A stretch of DNA of 64,000 nucleotides from Octopus vulgaris (Eukaryota): contig OX597824.1 of NCBI GenBank assembly GCA_951406725.2, positions 56,482,001 through 56,546,000 on the forward strand, in the 5' to 3' direction. The first letter of the stretch is position 1, and every line of letters starts with the position of its first letter. The position numbers and the translations under genes are program-made. Under the pieces are notes generated by a model. It saw only the letters and a list, made by a program, of their open reading frames with translations. It made no database searches and had not been told where the DNA came from. This document shows positions 1-13,822 of the stretch, one piece after another.

Positions 1-389
1 GGGCACACAATGCACCTACTTGCTGGAAAGTGAAGCTAAATCCTCAAGTAAACCACCGAATTACACTGAAATATACAACATACCAACAGAAATTGGGCAA
101 GGAACGATTATCAGAATCATCACAGAACAAAGCTGTAGAATGAAGAATTGGATATTTTGAGTTCTGGCTAATACCTCATCTCATGATTTTGAGTTCTGGC
201 TAATATCTCATCTCCCCTCAGCAAGTATTTTCATATGAGAAAAATGAACTCACCTTGTTGGAATCTGTGTCGCTGTGAACTGTCTCGCGCAAATTCATAA
301 CGACTTCAGTGTATAATATATTGCTTCTCTTTCCAGCAAGTAAGCATTATAGTTAATTATAATTATAATTATAAATTTTATATATAGTT

Positions 390-525
390 GCAGGAGTGGC
401 TGTGTGGTAAGTAGCTTCCTTACCAATCGAATAATTCTGGGTTCAGTTCAACTGCGTAGCCTCAGGCTGACCAAAACTTTGTGAGTGGATTTAGTAGACG
501 GAAACTGAAAGAAGCACGTCATATA

Positions 526-561
<36 letters not shown>

Positions 562-780
562 TGTGTGTGTGTTTGTTTGTGTGTCTGTGTTTGTCCCCCC
601 CACCACTATTTCACAACTGACGTTGGTGTGTTCACATCCCCGTAACTTAGCGGTTCGGCAAAACAGACCGATAGAGTAAGTACTAGGCTTACAAAGAATA
701 AGTCCTAGGGTCGATTTGTTCAGCTAAAGGCAGTGCTCCAGCATGGCCACAATCAAATCACTGAAACAAATAAAAGAATA
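390..780 (+). mobile_element. tRNA-derived SINE with internal microsatellite
   Basis: A-box-like TGGCTGTGTGGTAA and B-box-like GGTTCAGTTC; tail GTGCTCCAGCATGGCC...ACTGAAACAA.TAAAAGAATA that recurs elsewhere in the window. Confidence 0.75.
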
Positions 781-1082
781 TGTATAACTGACACTCTGTT
801 GCTTACAGTGACAAAGGTTCTAGTTGATGAAATCAATGGAACAGCTTGCTCGTGAGATTAATGTGAAAGTGGCTGAACACTCTACAGACACACACGTACC
901 CCTTCACATACTTCTCAGAGAGATTCAGCATGACACAGATTGTGACAAGGCTGGCCCCTTCGAATACAGCTGAGTGGACTAGAGCAATGTGAAATAAAGT
1001 GACTTGCTCCAGGACACAACATGCAGCCAAGAATTGAACTCACAAGCCTAATACCCAAACCACTAAGCCACACACTTCCAAT
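781..1082 (-). mobile_element. tRNA-derived SINE (CORE-like)
   Basis: Minus strand TGGCTTAGTGG...GAGTTCAATTC followed by TGTGTCCTGGAGCAAGTCACTT; related sequence at ~5880-6160 (+). Confidence 0.6.
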
Positions 1083-1104
1083 GCATATATATATATATAT
1101 ATAA

Positions 1105-1165
<61 letters not shown>

Positions 1166-1168
<3 letters not shown>

Positions 1169-1565
1169 TTATATATAAAAGTCAAGTTGTGTGTCTGTCT
1201 CCTACGATTTAGATTCCTAACTACTCCCACATTTTGCGGTGCAGTTTAACCAAAACCGGGTATCTTATAGTCGCGATTCATATCAAGCCCTTCTGGGTAT
1301 TAGCGCGCGTCTACGATGAGTCTACGATTTAAAAAAAAATTTACCATAATTTTTTTCCATTTTAATGTATTTTTTCGCTATTATATAAGGGAAGTAACTC
1401 TCTAAAAATGTCTACGATGAGTCAACGATTTAAAAAAAAATTTACCATCATTTTTTTTCCATTTTTAATGCATTTTTTTTTGCTATTTTTTGGCTATAAC
1501 TCTCTAAAAATGCTTATATAGTTATTTCCCTTACAAACCCGAGCAACGCCGGGTGATACTGCTAG
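1166..1565 (+). mobile_element. Non-autonomous Helitron in a (TA)n tract
   Basis: 5' TC, 3' hairpin CCCGAGCAACGCCGGG then CTAG; inserted between A and T with no TSD; ends shared with 19858-20704. Confidence 0.85.
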
Positions 1566-1584
1566 TATATATATATATATATAT

Positions 1585-1765
1585 CGTTTGACAACCAATG
1601 TTGGTGTATTTACGTTCCCACAACTTAACAGTTTGGCAAAAGAGACTGATATAATAAGTAATAGGCTTACTAAGAATAAGTTCTGGGATCGATTTGTTTG
1701 ACTAAAGGTGGTGCTCCAGCATGGCTGCAGTCAAATGACTGAAACAAGTAAAAGAATAAAGAATA
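1585..1765 (+). mobile_element. SINE 3' half
   Basis: Same sequence family as ~610-780. Confidence 0.7.
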
Positions 1766-1859
1766 TGTACATAAACCTAAAGGTACCAAAGGATATGCCA
1801 ACACCCCTAGACATACACAACACAATAAATTGTCCCAATCCTGTACAGTACACCAGAAC

Positions 1860-2720
1860 CAATAAGCCTAACATCAAATATATGAAACATGTCCTCTGGT
1901 ATAACCCAGTCTATGGTTCACATTTCAACGAAGATCGCTAGGGAATTTTTTGCCACTTTAGACAGATATTTCCCAAAATCAAATAGATACCATACTATTT
2001 TTAATAGGCATACTGGGAAGGTATCATATACAAATTCCACTAACTTAGAACAATACCTACACCACATTAATAACAGGAAAATGAACAAAGTGTTGAATAA
2101 CTCACCCACTGGGCCCCTAGCCTATGGCGGGGGAACTACTTTCAGCTCAGCAAATAGGAAGGATAGCAAATATTTAGAATAAAATGTCATGGAAAACAAT
2201 ACTAACCAGAATGTAAAGCATTTGCTGCGGTCACATTGGAATAATAATGAAAATAAAGATAGCCAACAATAAAGTCAACAGAGCCACAAATGCAACTAAA
2301 TCTAATCTGTTCATGCAGAGAAAAAACAAATTGCTCATTGATGAACCTCTGTATGAGTAACATTGTTGTATATAGTGCACCATGCACACAAGGGGAGAAC
2401 TGTACATTTACATTGGTGCAGCTACTGATTCATTCAAGAACTGATGTTGAAACCATGTCTCCAGTTTCAATAAAATTAGCAAGGGCACTCAACATCTTTG
2501 GCTGATTTTGTGTGGCAACTTAAGGAGGATAAGATTAAATATAATCTCTAGTAAGACATGCACAACCATACAATATTCTTTCCAGGAGATGCAGATTGTG
2601 CTCTCAGGAATTGCTGTCCAGTTTGTGGACCAATGAGAAACTCATTAATAGGATTTATGAAAGACTATCAAAGATGCTTGCATACTACTAAATGTACTTT
2701 TGCATAAGACAGTGGGCATG
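1860..2720 (+). mobile_element. Penelope-like element relic (RT C-terminus and GIY-YIG endonuclease)
   Basis: Fragments LWYNPVY, FFATLDRYFPKSNRYHTIFNRHT.KVSY, CSCREKTNCSLMNLC..NIVVYSA, YIGAA, RRCRLC; many stops and frameshifts. Confidence 0.8.
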
Positions 2721-3153
2721 AATTAGAGTAATCATTAACTAAATTAGTGACCACACTTTACTTAAATGTGTGGTTGAATAACTACACAATTCCACAGTGT
2801 TACAAGCATCATTGGGATACCCCTTGGCTATCATATACTGCTTATAATGAGAAAAATACTGACTTGAGTTTCCCAATAAATCCCTCACTTTGGGATGAAA
2901 ACGCAAAAAACCTATGTCTATCTACACTACAGATTGTCTATCTACACTGGCATTGATGCTTTCTACAGGCTATCAGTTGTTTCATTAGTCATTGTTAAAA
3001 AAATACACATCTACTATGTGTGTATTTATGAGTCTACAGCTGTTCTAAGTATATCAGCCAGACCCAGTGAATAGCCCCACAGAATTTGTGATTCCTCGTC
3101 AAGCAGAGTCATATCAATAGCCACTAATAGGTACTAACTTTATTGATATCAAC

Positions 3154-5502
3154 TGTTGTAGTGAAAATGGTACTCCCCTTCCCACATGACAAAGTGGTAT
3201 GAGAAGCCACTGTAAAGTCAGATAGTCAGTTGTTGTTGTGGGTCAATAGCAGTAGAGTGAACAGAGGATGCAAGAGATTTAAACTGGATAAACTAACTCC
3301 AGACTTGTCCATGTGCCTGATTTTAGCTCAGGGATTTACTGCTAAAAAGGACACAGAAGTCAGAATAAAAATTCTCACAAAGCTGGAAATGAACCGGGAT
3401 ATAACTCCCCAGAAACTGTCAGAAGAATGCAATATGATATTAAGTACAGGGAAGGTGCTGTACTCCTACACAAATGTGAAGATGGCAGCCAAAAGGCCAT
3501 AGCTCATGTGTCAAGGATACTATTGCCAGCAGAAAAAAATTATAGCCAAATTGAAAAAGAGATACTTGCGATTATATTTGGCATAAAAAAGTTCCACAGG
3601 TTTATACATGGTTGATGGTTTAGACTACAAACTATCGCCCATTGCTAACAATTTATGGATCCAAGAAAGGAATCCCAGTACATATAACAAACAGGTTGCA
3701 GTGATGGAGTACCATACTACTAAACTATGACTACACAATGGAAAATTTACCTTTGGAAAAGCTAGGACATGCTGACAGCCTATCCTGGTTGATACCCAGA
3801 AATGGCAAACCATTCGAGGACACAGTAATAGTAGCCCTAAGAGCTGAAGGGAAAATTAAACACATAATTTGGGACATTGTATGAGAGTTACCAATAACTC
3901 TGGAGTGACACACATCAAAAGATAAGTTTATTGATGAAACAAAAAAAAAACACTGTGGTCAGCTAAAGAAAACAAAAATAGGTTCAGTAAGAAAAAAACA
4001 GCAACAAATAAACATATATTCAACATGCGACAGCATACTAATGTATGGCCAAAGGGTAGTGATACCTGAGATTTTACAAAAAAGTATGTTGAAAGACTTC
4101 CACATTGGACATTCAGGGATCGCAAGGATGAAAGCACTTATGCACAGTTACGTGTATTGGCTGAAGATGGATAAGGAAGTTGAAAACGTAGTTAAAGGCT
4201 GTAGAGGATGTGCTGTGGCAGCAAAATTGCCTTCTCAAAAATGGGAGTCTTGGCCAACAGTAAAAAGTCCATGGTCAAGACTACATGTTGATTTTGTGGG
4301 TCCGTTAAATGGTTATTACTACCTAGTAGTAGTTGACAGTTTTACAAAATGGCTGGAAGAAATTGTTAAGTGCAAAAGACCAAAACAATAATAATTTTTT
4401 AGCACAAATTATTCACAAGATTTAGCATCCCAGACATGATTGTATCTGATAATGGAAAGCAATATATGTCCTGTGAATTTCGAAAATTCTGCAGAATGTT
4501 CTCAGTAGAACATAAAACGATAGTGCCTTACCATCCCAGATGAAATGGACAATCAAAGCATTTTGTGGACACTTTTAAAAGAGCTTTGAGAAAAGCAAAC
4601 AAGGAAGTCATAGATGAAGTTGCTCTGCAGCAATTCCTAAGGGTATACAGGGTGACACTGAACCCCAACACAGCAGCAGGAAGCTCACTGGCAGAACTGA
4701 TGTTCACAAGGAAGGTGAAATCAGTTTTTGATAAACTATTACCTGGCAAGTACCAGGAAAGACAATCCAAAATTTTTCAAAATTACTGATAAGGTGTACA
4801 TGAGGTTGTATAAAAATGGAAAACAGTACTAGGAAGAAGGCAAAATTACAAAGTACATAGGAAAAATGATGTACAGAATTAAAAGCAGAGAAGGTATTGA
4901 AAAAAGTCACAGAAACCAATTGAAGAAGAAATTCATAGAAAATGAACCAGACAGATTAGAAGAACTTATGGAATGGCTGTATGGCACATTCCAGGTACCA
5001 ACACTGTTACAGGTGGTTGAACCCACATACAAGTGGAAGAAAAAGGAAGAACACAGAGTTCCTACAAATAGACAGCAAAAAGAAAATATATTAAGTTGAA
5101 AAAAAGAACCTAAAAATGGAGGAGGGGTGAATAAAGTAAAATAAAATTACTTGCTCCCCCCCCCCCCTAAATAATAAAAAGGGAGATGTAGTGAAAATGG
5201 TACTCCCCTTCCTAAGTGACAAAGTGGTATGAGTCAGACAGTCAGTCATTGTAGGAGGTCAGTAGTAGTAGAGTTGTATGAGTTCTCAGTTGGAGTCAGT
5301 GTCAGTTACATGATATATATGAATACAAGTTACAATCAAGGCAGACATTTCAAAGTCATTGTCTTGCGGAGCAATCAGCGATAGCACGATAGATGGGTCA
5401 AAGATAATAAGACGTGGAATACTGCCACAGCATAATAGTGACAACAAGAGTATTACAACGCTGACAGTAACATACAAGTGGATGAGGATCCACATTATAA
5501 CA
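3154..5502 (+). mobile_element. Internally deleted Ty3/Gypsy LTR retrotransposon
   Basis: TG...CA ends; TSD TCAAC (3149-3153, 5503-5507); LTR start repeated at ~5187 after a purine tract. Gag fragment, RNase H (AEKNYSQIEKEILAIIFG), integrase (H..H/C..C, WSRLHVDF.GP). Confidence 0.9.
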
Positions 5503-5749
5503 TCAACTTAATTCTGTGTGCAAGTGTACGTATGCCAAACCAAATGTGTGTGTGTTAGTATGTATATGTGCATTTGTACAAACAAGTGTATGTGTGCCAG
5601 ACCATGTATGTGTGGGCATTTGTGCATCCATATCAACTAACAGTTGTATCTAATACTTTTTTTTGTACGTGTTTCTTTTTGTATCTCTATATGAAAACCT
5701 AAAAGAAATCTTGTGAAACCAAGTTTATTTTATCACGATACCTCTTGAA

Positions 5750-5855
5750 ATCACCTGAGGAGACACATCTACATCAAGGGATACACCTAAACCAGATGTT
5801 CAGTATCTCACATGCGAGGGATCAATGCTAGATGGTTCGAAACAATTGTAGTGAT
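5750..5855 (+). ncRNA. Candidate type I hammerhead ribozyme
   Basis: ATCAC-CTGAGGA-stem II-GAAA-CAATTG-TA-GTGAT: complete core, stem I ATCAC/GTGAT, palindromic stem III. Confidence 0.65.
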
Positions 5856-5879
5856 CAATGAAGATTCTCGTATCTTCAA

Positions 5880-6392
5880 TAGTTAGGGTGCTGCACTCAC
5901 AATTGCTAGATCATGATTTCATTTCCTATACTGGGTGGTGTGTTGTGTTCTTGAGCAAAACACTTCATCTCATGTTGCTCTACAATCACTTCAACACCTG
6001 GCACATAATATACAGTGCACCTGTTCAGACAATGTTGATTTGATGGAAAGAGTGAGCTTAATGTGCAGCATGAACACTATAAAGAAATCATTTGTGTTGG
6101 TCATTTGGCAAAAGCTGAATGCTCATGTGTTGTTTGTAATGGTAGAGTTCATATATATAGATATACCTATGTGTGTGTGTCTTTGTGTCTGTGTTTGTCC
6201 CCCACCACTGCTTGACAACCAGTCTTGGTATGTTTATGTGATTTAGCTGTCTGGCAAAAGAGACTGATAGAATAAGTACCATGTTTTAAGAAAAATTATT
6301 GGGGTTGATTCATTCAACTAAAAATTCTTCAAGGTGGTGCCTCAACATGGTTGCAGTCTAATGACTAAAATAAGTATAAGATAAAGGATAAA
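5880..6392 (+). mobile_element. SINE remnants
   Basis: CORE-like segment followed by the same tail as 580-780. Confidence 0.6.
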
Positions 6393-6548
6393 ATATATAC
6401 TCTTCAGTACTGAAAAGTTGTATGAAATAAATCAGAATCAGTAGTAAAACAAAATGTGCAAATTGACTAAACATCCATTTCTTGTTTAAATCTGTCTGAC
6501 TATAAGGAAAGCTTTAATAGGCAAGTTTTTGATCTTTCTGCTTAAAAC

Positions 6549-6636
6549 AATTCTGCCTTTTCTTCTGAAGCGCTGATGTTTTTGCTGCTTTGTGGGGCAG
6601 CGAAAATATCAGCGCTTCAGAAGAAAAGGCAGAATT
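6549..6636 (+). repeat. 40-bp inverted repeat (hairpin) with an 8-nt loop
   Basis: Arms 6549-6588 and 6597-6636 are complementary apart from two G:U pairs. Confidence 0.9.
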
Positions 6637-6799
6637 TTCTTTTAAGTACCCTATATAACGCCTGTAAATTTGTGTTCTACATATGGGAATTCATACAATT
6701 ATGAAAGATAAAAAAAATTTTTGATCCTCCCTCCCCTCTCTTTTTCAATTTTTTTTAAAAAACTCATTCCATTAAATGTTTATGGGAAGAAAAATATTC

Positions 6800-6970
6800 T
6801 TTTCTACTCTGGGCACAAGGCCTGAAATTTTGGGGGAAGGGGCCAGCTTATTAGATGAACCCCAGTACGCAACTGGTACTTAATTTATTGACCCCGAAAG
6901 GATGAAAGGCAAAGTCGACCTTAGCAGAATTTTGCCTCGTGTGCTAACATTTCTGCTAGCTCACCACCTT
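6800..6970 (-). mobile_element. SINE fragment
   Basis: GACCCCGAAAGGATGAAAGGCAAAGTCGACC core; related fragment at ~52760-52870. Confidence 0.55.
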
Positions 6971-9900
6971 CTGGAGAGAAAAATATTGAAAAACATAGAT
7001 ACATGACAGTGACAAAGATGTGGGGATGGTATCAGGAGGTATTGTGAGATGTACTAAAAACTACAGCTAAATTGCCCTTAAATCTTACACAAAAAAGATA
7101 TTTTTTGCATAATCATATGAATTCCTGTCTGTAGAACACAAATTCACAAAGATTTTCTGAAAATTCCAAAAAATTAAAAAGTTATGAGTTTCTTAAACTG
7201 AAATATGTTAACAGCATGTCAGCTGGGTCTAAGGTGAGCAGTAAAAATAATGCTTTTTCTGCCTTTCTCTTTGTGACCTCCCAGTTTTTTCTCTTGTCTC
7301 TCTTTTTCACACACACCTTTCTTGAAGAGAATAATAGAATACAAACAAGATAACACTACCCTTTTCTTAACTATAATTGAAAGCAAGCAGAAAAAAAAAT
7401 CTGCTTGCCTCTCTCTCGCTCATTTGCTTTCCTCTGCCTTTCTCTTTGTTTTTTTCTCTCTTCATGTTCCCTGCTTGAGGAGAAGAGAAAAGCAATTAAT
7501 TCATTGCTTTCTTTCATTTTTTTCTCACTTAACAAACAGGATCTTTTTCTATTTAGACTTCTTAAATATCAGTTGCTTATAATTTATACTAAGAAATGAA
7601 GGAATGGAGAGTACGAAAAAACTTCACGAGGATAGTGAAAATTATCAATAATTAATTTTATATTATACAAAAATTATTTATCCTGAAAAAAGTAAGGCAT
7701 GCAGTGCATTGCCCCTGATAGGATGAGGTGGTGAAGGCTGATTTTATGGAAAAAATGAGCAAAGGGCTGAGATGATCTAATGCTTGAAAGCGTCTGCCAA
7801 CTACAGCATGACTGAGACTGTCAGAGAATAATGTCCATGAACATACATATAACTGGGTCTCTGCCAAGCCTACAACTGTTGTTTCTTCCCCAACTTTTCA
7901 CTACTCACCAACTGGGTTTGTCCTTTGTACTGCTTCTTATTGACATGCATTCCTCACTATTATCTTCCGCCACTCCTACTCCAGTTTGTAACCATCATTC
8001 ACTTTCCCTCACTTGCAAATTTAACCCTACCCCTCATCACTGTATCACTCATCCCTCTTCTACTGTTTTGTTCTGGTGCTGTAAGAAATGAAAGTAGAAC
8101 CATGTCACCATTTCTATTATGCCTGTCATAACTCTTTGTTCTCTGTGTTACTCCTGGTCAGCATCCATGCCTCATTCTTATTGTCTCCCACTCATGTTTA
8201 CCATCCCCACTTCTATTCACTATACTACATTCACCCTCTATATACATCTGACCACTTCCACACATGTTTATATTGATTCTTTATTCTCTTCCCACACTCT
8301 TGCATCCTTACCCACTGTGCCTGATTCTTGTCTCCATGCTGTGTTATCGTCTCCTTCTTGGATATATTATCATGTGGGTATATTCTATTTTCTATGCTGG
8401 GGAAGGAGGACCTCTCCACATAACTGCCAACATACTTTTGCATAAGTTTATGTTAACAGACTGTGATATTTTGGCTAATTTTCAATGTTTCACTATAAGT
8501 AACTATTATTGTGCTTAAACAAACTTAACCTGGTTTCCTAGCCTGCAACACTCTTCTGTCCGTAATACGACCTCATTAGGCACAAGGCAATGTTTTGATA
8601 CATTTAAAACAAACAGGAAGAACATGTTTCTTGTATACCAACAAATACAATATGTATAATTCAGCATTGCAATAACAAATTATTTAAATTTTAATTGTAT
8701 ATTAATTTCAGTATTATCAACTCATGAAAAGAGCACAGTTTATGACTGCATCTTGCCCCAGTCCTTAGAGCACCTCTTGCATAATCTAGACACATAAGCA
8801 ACAATATTCTTTAGTACTATGTTCTAACCGAAGTAGAAAAATACACAAGTAGCTGCAGCGTCCATTTATCTATCTCCTCTTAGTGAATTGATTAGCCAAC
8901 GAATTTGATTGAAACTTAGTTACCACATTACCTTCCATTCAGTGAAAACCTGCTTAATGAACCATGCAATGTACTCTAATGCAAGATACAAGAACATTGA
9001 GTTTGTGAAATGTTGTCTGTCATATCCATCTATTCATAAAAAGCTGAAATGCTTTGCAAATGTTTATAGAGACGTTCGTGTAGTTGGGTGCAGAGATATC
9101 AGATACCATTTATACATTCATGCTGGACTGACTTGCAATACTGGTTGGTTATCTTTTTCTTTTGCATATTTTTATGTATGTACTGTAAATTCACATCAAT
9201 TATTCTAGCAGTCTCAGCATTTGAAATGCTTAGTAGAAATAGAAAAAATATTGATGTTTCTATGGAAAATAGATTGTGTTAATGTAGAAAAATTCATAGT
9301 GCAGATTAACATATTTTATTCTACAGTAAATGCTAAAAGAAATATATTTTCTATTTCTTACCAGCTTTGACTGTGACCAGTCTAGACAGTAAAAATGGTT
9401 CCTATTTGAATGTTATGAAAACTTAGTATAGCTAAACATGTAATCTAAAAAAGTGTTCTTTGATCATGAAATAACTCCTAGCAGACGATCTGGGGAAATC
9501 ATCATTCTTCTACAAGAGCTTTAATGTATATCCATGGGCAGACATGCACATATGATGTGACAATCCAGATAATGTGTCCTTTTATTGTAAGCGTTAGCTG
9601 GAAAGTGAAGAAAATTAATCACTGCTTAATAACATCAAAGACAGTAGTAAAGCAATCACTAGTAGGCAATTAAAACCCATTAACTTATTCTACCTGTTCA
9701 ATAAAATAGTGTGCAACCAAATAATGATGTAGGATAGTTTGTAATAAAGCATTTACCTGTACAGCTTTTCTCTTAGATGTGTTATGCTCATGTGAAAACA
9801 TGAAAAATCTTATATTCATATGAAAAATATGATAAAAATTATATAATTAGAAATATTCACCTAACATGAATTTATTAATAAATATCTCTTGGATTATCAA

Positions 9901-9988
9901 TTGTAATGTCATTACTATATTGACTGTTCATTTTCTTTTCCTTATAATTCCTGATTCACAACAGTAATAATGGTAATTGTTGTTTCAG

Positions 9989-10161
9989 ATGAATTATATA
10001 TATTTGACTGTCACTGGAATTATCGCCCAGACCACTGTATGTATATGAGTGTATGTAAATCAGCAGAAAAAGAAGGAGCTGCTATTATACATGGTTGTCG
10101 AAGAGTCATGCACAATGATCAGCAGCCAGCATTTAGATCAGTTTATCGCACATTTAAAAAA
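9989..10161 (+). CDS. GXYLT1: Glucoside xylosyltransferase (GXYLT1/2-like, GT8), penultimate coding exon
   Basis: Translates (D)ELYIFDCHWNYRPDHCMYMSVCKSAEKEGAAIIHGCRRVMHNDQQPAFRSVYRTFKK, matching the GXYLT WNYRPDHC...HG.R...H.D.QPAFR.VY signature. Acceptor tttcAG at 9987-9988 (phase 1), donor GTAAG at 10162 (phase 0). Paralogue assignment (1 vs 2) not resolvable; no upstream exons found in the window. Confidence 0.9.
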
Positions 10162-10589
10162 GTAAGATTTTTAAACTACTACTTTCAAACTGACCTGGAA
10201 ATAATCTGTCATTCAGAAACTTTTCATGTACTGTATAATTTGAGATAATTTGTGTGTGTGTGTGTGTGTGTGTGTGCACGCGCGCGTGCATGCGTGTGTG
10301 TAGAATATAACATTAAATAATTGATTCATAACATTTTAACATGTTTCTTTGATTGTTACAGAATTATTACATTAGATAAACTTATGTAATTCTTTATGCA
10401 GATGCCACTTCATCAGAAGTTTTATAAGTGAAGAATTGTGTTTAGTGAGAGGCACTTATAGGTGTCTAGAAGTTTGAAGGAGGTATATTTAAAAGATTGT
10501 AGACATGCAATCTGGTTTGAGTTTAAAGCAGTCAGATGTGTTTACATATATCTTTGTACTGGTTTGTGTGTGTGTGCGTGTATGCATAC

Positions 10590-12550
10590 ATGCATACATT
10601 CTTTTTCTCTTTTTAATTTGGAGTTAATTTTAACCAGCCACTTGCTTGGTGGCAATGTTTCAAAGGAGAGCATCGTGTTTTTGTTCATCATCCCTTAAAT
10701 ATTAAGAAGGTCTTGCAGATTTTAATCATCCCATATGTCATGCTCACTTGTTGTGTATGAATTTAAGGAGCAATGTTTTCTCCCCAAGAACCCATGCTCA
10801 TATGTATTTTGCTCCAATAATAACAGATATAAAGCAGAGGATGTATGTTGGGTACTGGATTTGCAAAGTCCTTATCAGTGGTCCATGGACATCCTCTTTT
10901 TCTTGTATTTTTCTGATCACATTATCATCCAGAGGGCAGTTGATTTCAACAACAAAGCATATCTTTTTGTTGTGGTCCCATACCACAATATTTGGCTGGT
11001 GTTTTAACTTGCTCTCTCCTTAATGATGGGTCCATCATAGCTGACATTTTCATTTTGCCCAAGCTATTAGTAACTTTACCAGAAAGCAGAGGCTGTATTT
11101 CTAAGTTGTTTATGCATAGAGTCATGGAGGAGGGCACTAGTTTCCCATTTTTTACCATTAAAAATATACATTTGAACTCACAAAATTTCATTCCAGTATT
11201 TTTGGAGTTATGTGATCCAATTGTATTTTGATGTGGCTCATACAACATCATGTCATCAACAAAGAAAAATTAAGAGATGTCATGAAACCCATTGCTATGG
11301 CTGCTGTGTTTTGTGGTTAGGTATGACAGTAAGTTTAGGGAGAGCACAAAGAACAGTACTGAAAAGATATTGCCCTGAAGGATGCCTTTTTCAGTAGTGT
11401 ATGGCATTAGATTTGATGTCTTCATTGTTACCTCTAAGAATTAGAGATGTGTGTACCAGTTTTTGGTTAGGTGGTGGATGGAAGCTACAAGTGGTGGTAC
11501 ACTTTGACTAACTGCAGTGCCTTGGTACTCAACCCATATTATATTCTATCAAAAGCTTTTTGGTTGTCTATCCATACTATGGACAAGTTATTGCAGTTTT
11601 TATTGTTCTTTTTTGTGTCATTTTGTTAACTAGCAGATACTTAATACATCCCCACACTTTCTTATTTCTCCCATCTTGTGGGTTTACAATATTGTTAGTT
11701 ATATAATGAATCTCTTGAAACATGTTGAGGCAGCCAATGTACTTTGACAGACTATCAAGCGGTAATTTTTAGCTTTGGTGGTTTAGCTATTTGGGGGATG
11801 AGAAGGGTGATGGCTGTTAGCCATGTGAGTATACTTAACTTGCCTTTAATACTCTTCCCAAATAGTCTTATTAAATCTTACTGATAAAGCTTTCATTTTT
11901 AAACAATATCCTGTAATAAAATCTGGGCCTGGGGATTTCCTGTTTGGTATTTTTGGGGGTTTGTTTCCAGTACTGTACTCTTGATTTTGTATAGTTTTGA
12001 TTTAATGCTTGCAGTATCCCTGATCTAATTTTTTCTATCCATTCAGCTTTTTCATTGAATTTATCATTCTTTTCCCAAATTGATCTCCAGTAACTGATAC
12101 TTTTATTTCTTGCTTTAGCTGATGAATTTTAAAAAGTAAAGTGTTAGTTTTTGAATCCCTAAACTGCTTTCCTAGTTTATTTTTTTTAAATATTCCTGAT
12201 TTTGTGAATTTATTTATAGTGTTCACTTCATAACTATGATAATCTGTGAGACAGTTGTTTGAAGAAACAGAATTTGATATTTCAAGTTGTAGCCCATCCT
12301 GGCTTTGAATGCTTACCTCTGTCTTTACTCTGCTTCTCCAGCTCCTTATAGTAGGCAATGTTATTGCTGACATATATCACTTTCCCATATGGATTCTATT
12401 TCAAATGTTATTCTTTTTTTTCTTTTAATCTTGTAATCTCATTCACAGTGCAAGTATCATTATAAAAATTCTTTATTCATGCTTCAATGAGTTTTCTAAC
12501 TGGATACCACCAGTAAGGGCGAGGAGCTAAGGGTGTGTCCTTAGTTCTTC
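10590..12550 (-). mobile_element. Highly degraded LINE relic
   Basis: Residual RT-like traces (KSPGPD near 11920-11942); no intact ORF. Confidence 0.4.
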
Positions 12551-13083
12551 TCCCTTTATCAGTAGAATTATCATTTGAACTAGAATAGCTGATATTTTAA
12601 CATGTAATTACACTATTGTCAAATTTCTTTGCCTTTTATTATTAATTTCTTTCTTTCAAATCTTCATTTTTTTTCCAGTTCTGTGATTGCATAGTTAAAT
12701 TAATAAATCTCACTGTCAACTTGTTCTGTTTGCCCACTATTGTCTTGAATAATGTTGATTGCACTTTCTGTTATGAAATCTTTACTAATATATCTACACT
12801 CTTTCTTGTACATGAGTTTTAAGTGATCAATCGATTGTTGGCTTACTAATTAACTTACTGATATGTCAATTAATTAATTCACTTGTTTCAAAGAATTAGG
12901 TTCATTTATTCACTCTCCTTTCTTATTCTCTTACCAGTTTATAACTGGAAATCATAGCATATAATGTGAAATATCAGTGCTATCAATTTTATGAGTTCTA
13001 TCAATTTTAGTAACCTTGATCTGATTTAATGTCAAAATGTTTCATTACACAATAGGAAACATGACCATTAAGCTGAAGACCAG

Positions 13084-13822
13084 CATCATCATCATCATCG
13101 TTTAACGTCCGTTTTCCATGCTAGCATGGGTTGGACGGTTCGACTGGGGTCTGGGAAGCCAGGAGGCTGCACCAGGCTCCAGTCTGATCTGGCAGTGTTT
13201 CTACTGCTGGATGCCCTTCCTAACGCCAACCACTCCTTGAGTGTAGTGGGTGCTTTTTACGTGCCACTGGCACAGGAGCCAGAGGAGGCTGGCAAATGGC
13301 CACGATCGGTTGGTGCTTTTACATGTCACCGACACGGACGCCAGTCAGGCAGCGCTGGCATCTGCCATGTTCGGACAGTGCTTTTTACATGTCACTGGCA
13401 CGGGTATCTTAACTACAATTTCCATATGATTTTCATTTTGATGCTGGTGTTGATGTACTTGACTCAATAGGTCTCCTCAAGAACAGCGGGTCACTCTACG
13501 ATCCAAGGTTAGCACAGCAGGCCGTCCTGCGAACCATGAACTCACTTCATTTGTTGGGTCTTCACAGTCACAGCATATCTCAGAGGTGTCAGTCTTCGTC
13601 ATTTCCCCTGTGAGGCCCTACATGCCACCGGCACGGGTACCACAACTGCAATATCCATACGATCTTTATTTTGATGTTGATAAACTTGACACAATAGGTC
13701 TCCTCAAGCATAGCAGGCTGTCCTGCAAGCCATGAACTCACTTCATTTGTAGGGTCTTTGAAGTCACAGCATATCTCCAGAGGTCTCAGTCTTTCGTCAT
13801 AGCCTCTGTGAGGCTCAACGTA
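13084..13822 (-). mobile_element. RTE-clade LINE 3' fragment
   Basis: (GAT)n tail and 3' UTR matching 16681-17400; internal duplication. Confidence 0.8.
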
